From Felis catus (taxonomy: Eukaryota): 64,000 bases of DNA. The stretch lies in contig NC_058368.1 in NCBI RefSeq assembly GCF_018350175.1, forward strand, positions 215,576,001 through 215,640,000. The letters are read 5' to 3'. This document shows, one piece after another, positions 60,631-64,000 of the stretch (within the stretch, counting starts at the first letter, position 1; every line of letters begins with the position of its first letter). The position numbers and the translations under genes are program-made. The notes below the pieces were generated by a model, which was not told the origin of the DNA, searched no databases, and saw only the letters and a list, made by a program, of their open reading frames with translations.

Positions 60631-60945
60631 GCAACATGGATGGATCTTGAGGACATTCTAAGTGAAATTAGCCAATCGCAGAAAAAATGCTGCATGATTC
60701 ATTTTTATGAGGTATCTAAAATAGTCAGTCATAGATGAAGAGAGAATAGGGGTTACTAGGAATTGAGAGGAGATAAAAAATAGGAAGTTTCTATTCAACA
60801 GGTATAACATTTCAGTTATGCAAGATAAGTTCTAGACATCTGTATATCACTGTGCATAATAGTTAATGATACTATATTATGCACTTATTTTTTTTTATAT
60901 TATGATAAATCTCCTATCAAATGTCCTTACCACAATAGAAAAAAG
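60631..60945 (+). mobile_element. L1MA/L1MB 3' end inside ERVL
   Basis: gcaacatggatggatcttgaggacatt..tttcagttatgcaagat..ttaccacaat. Confidence 0.8.
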
Positions 60946-62409
60946 GTGGGGGGAGCTGAGACCACTTACTAGGGTAATTGTACATTGGCAAAAGAGAAAT
61001 AAACTGACTTTTCATAAACTCCTAGCTTTAAACTAATATCTGGAGGGCAATGCTATTATATTCTGTCCACCAGAGAAGAAGTTTATAAAAATCAGGTAAT
61101 CAGTAGAACTTTGACTTGGGTTAATTTTACAATTGGTCCAGGTCTTCCCCAAACCTCTTTGTGATTATATCCTCAGTTTCAGAATGTAAGGTTTCATTAG
61201 ATATAATTAGCAGAAAATCTACACTGGTTTTCATGATCCACGGAATAATGATTTATTCTGTTGGAAAAGCCAAATGGCATCCATTAATACTGCCTCCTAC
61301 AAAAGTGGTAAGTTAAAAGTCATATTATATTTGTAGAGGGACTCCAGAGAACAATGCCACCATGAAAGATTTGAAATATGCAAGGATGGGGATTTTCATC
61401 ATAGCCATATTCAGTGGGCCTATTTAGCATACACATAAAATATATGGGTCGTGGTAAATGATGGTGGCTTTTCATAAACTTATTGAGGTTTATCATTTAT
61501 CCAATGCTGCATGATAAACCACCCCAAAACTTATAGTTGTTTTATACCAACGGATATGGATCATTAATTTTTTTTTTTGTCTAGTGAGCACCTTTAAGCA
61601 TGTAAACATCTAAAAGGGTCTATCATTGAGTATGTACTCAATATATATTTTGAATAAACTAATGAGCTATCATTTGTCAATAATGAACTGTTTCCAAACG
61701 TATAAAATGGTCGTCTTTTTACACACCTCTGTTCTTAGACCCTTGACAATACTTTTCTCCTTGAATACTTGCATTTGTTTAGTTAATGGTAACATTATTT
61801 TAAAGTTAAAATATCTAACTATCACAGCACCAGAGTATTTCATTTACAAAAAAGCTCATTTATACTACACATAGATTTCTATAATATAATACTCTTGGAT
61901 ATGTGGAAAGGGAAAACAATAAAATGAAAATGCTAAATATTCCTTTTTTTTTTCATTTGTAGAATCAAATGATTTTTTCCTAAGGTTAGTGAACTTTATA
62001 TTTTCCACTCAAAATCATACTTTGTGCCATCAATAGTGTTAGTGGTACAGCATTAATTTAATAAAATGTGTTATAGTATCTCTGAGGTTTTTTCCCCCAA
62101 TACATTGATCTCTGTTCCCCCAAGTTTTAAGAAACTTCTTTTTCATCTCATCTAAAGGTGACAATGAAAGCTTTGCAGAATGGAAGAGAAGACCCGTGTT
62201 CTTTCTTCAAATGATTTTTAAATTATTACTGACTGAGACTTCAAAAGACTGAGGGTGACTAGTCATGCTAACAGAAATAATTAGGTTCATCCTTGTGCAG
62301 GCTCTGACAACCAGTGTCATTTTAAATACCACCTAGCCAATGACAATTGCAGTGTGTCACTGAACGTCAAACATGTCTTACCTACATCCACATAAAAATA
62401 TGGGAAGAT

Positions 62410-62612
62410 GGAGCACCTGGGAAGCTCAGTCAATTAGGCATCCAACACTTGATTTGGCTCAGGGCATGATATCATGGATTGTGAGTTCAAGCCCCATAAT
62501 GGGCTCTGTATGGACAATGCAGAGACTGCTTGGGATTCTCTCTCTCCCTCTCTTTCTCTGCCCCTCCCCTGCTGTTCTCTCTCTCTCTTTCAAAATAAAG
62601 AAACAAACTTTA
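62410..62612 (+). mobile_element. CAN-SINE
   Basis: ggagcacctgggaagctcagtc...aaaataaagaaacaaactttaaaa. Confidence 0.93.
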
Positions 62613-62699
62613 AAAATATATGAGCAGATAAGGATCTTATAACTGAGGTAATATGTAATTAAGACTTCAGAAGGAAAAATATTAAAAATAATTATTTTA

Positions 62700-62930
62700 T
62701 TTTATTATTTTTTAATGTTTATTTAGTTTTGAGAGAGAGATAGAAAGAGACAGAGAGACAGAGTGCCAGCCTGGGAGGGGCAGAGAGAGAGGGAGACACA
62801 GAATCTGAAGCAGGCTCCAGGCTCTGAGCTGTCAGCACAGAGTCCGACGCAGGACTCGAACCCACGAACTGTGAGATCATGACCTGAGCTGAAGTCGGAC
62901 GCTTAACTGCCTGAGCCACCCAGGCGCCCC
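62700..62930 (-). mobile_element. CAN-SINE (SINEC_Fc-like)
   Basis: Perfect 17-bp TSD taaaaataattatttta (62683-62699 / 62931-62947). Confidence 0.97.
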
Positions 62931-63649
62931 TAAAAATAATTATTTTAATATTACTTTAAGTATAAATTATTCAAGAGCTTTTTTATTTGCCTTATCTTTA
63001 AAATCCATTATTACGTGCATAAAATTAATGTATATTATTCAATACATATTTTTGTGTAAATATATTCATATTTATAGATGTTTGTGTGAGTTTGTATATG
63101 TGTATGTATATGTGTAAAATAATTAACTCTATAGAAAATTATGTTTACTTGTCCCATGTTTTCCAATGCCATACTGTGGATCTGGTCAAGAGCATAGGAA
63201 TAGATCTCTAAGTATTCAATTTCCTGTAAAAGTTTAATTTTTTATCACCATCAGTGAAATTTTGATGCCAGTCTTTTTCTCTAGTCTCATGAAATCAACT
63301 TGTTTCCAAAAGCTATGAGCTCTGTTCAATATGAAATTCCAACACAGTATATCACTTAAGAACATGATAGATATTCACAAGATGAACATTAAGGGAATGT
63401 GATTGCCTAGATTTGGTTTGGTGTTACCAGTAGACAGATGGGGAGGTGTTATTAGCATGCGGTGGTGAATGGATTTATTCTATACTCAATGAAAAGACAA
63501 CTTTGACACAATAGTGACAGTTTTCAAGGCCTATTCCTTCAAATTTGCTGTTCTACCCCATAGGCTCTATCTTCTTTTTTTGATACTTATCTGTATAGGT
63601 TCATGACTGGTCCCTTTTCTGTTTCTCTAAAAATCTTTTGATGGTTGGT

Positions 63650-63980
63650 TCAAGGTCTTCTGAACTTATCTCCTCTGATAAAACCATCTGCAGCTACGTA
63701 TGTAATTCTCTCATAAAATGATCTGAAAACTAGCTGAACAGTACCTCCACAACAAAGGATAAAAGGGTCGCGCTGAGATGGGTTGGGACATAGTCTTGCA
63801 AGAAACTCCAACCCAAGTTCAGTGAACCACAGTTGGGAGAGATGCTGTAGCACAGAATTTGTCACTGGGAAATGAGGGATTTGTGCTCCACATCAGACAG
63901 CCATACATACCCTTGGGAATTGCACCAGAGAAAAGAGACACCAAAGCTCTTGAAAGGAAAACTATAGGGATATAGGGAAT
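63650..63980 (+). mobile_element. Probable L1 5' UTR fragment (older laurasiatherian type)
   Basis: gagggatttgtgctccacatcagacag..gggaattgcaccagagaaaagagacaccaaa resembles recalled L1 5' UTR. Confidence 0.5.
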
Positions 63981-64000
63981 AAAAAAAAAATAAAAATAAA

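Larger units (their letters stand above)
59740..61480 (+). mobile_element. ERVL internal fragment (gag-like to start of pol)
   Basis: From 61260: VGKAKWHPLILPPTKVVS*KSYYICRG..ATMKDLKYA..FSGPI*..GSW*MMVAFHKL, resembling the ERVL protease/RT junction. Confidence 0.75.

Noticed and set aside
1..64000. Protein-coding genes from the ORF track
   Set aside because: All ORFs are 148 aa or shorter. The interpretable ones are SINE read-throughs (MAQSVK..., ..ERGRGRERGRHRI..), L1 fragments or microsatellite translations. No coherent exon chain or recognisable host protein is present.

Overview
AT-rich, CpG-depleted mammalian non-coding DNA, almost certainly from a felid carnivore. It carries about 32 tRNA-derived CAN-SINE (SINEC) copies, including two very young cat-type copies, plus cat/carnivore-type L1 3' ends. 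I find no supportable protein-coding exon or RNA gene. Every supplied ORF I can interpret derives from a SINE, L1 or microsatellite, and the rest are short ORFs I do not recognise. The window is a layered transposable-element record: ancient MIR, L2, L1M, MaLR/ERVL and DNA-transposon fossils; several carnivore L1s; a 5'-deleted ERV1 provirus (integrase tail, decayed env, PPT, 3' LTR); and a separate solo LTR. I see no evidence of a new gene-encoded system. The notable signals are mechanistic footprints: a TSD-bounded L1 3' transduction, three head-to-head SINE pairs with 26-31 bp spacers, two SINEs at the same homologous L1 site on opposite strands, a nested L1 insertion with target deletion, a twin-primed L1, an inverted duplication inside a TA microsatellite, and two compact palindromes in unique DNA. 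Subfamily names come from my recall of consensus sequences, not from a search. Boundaries without a quoted TSD are approximate.
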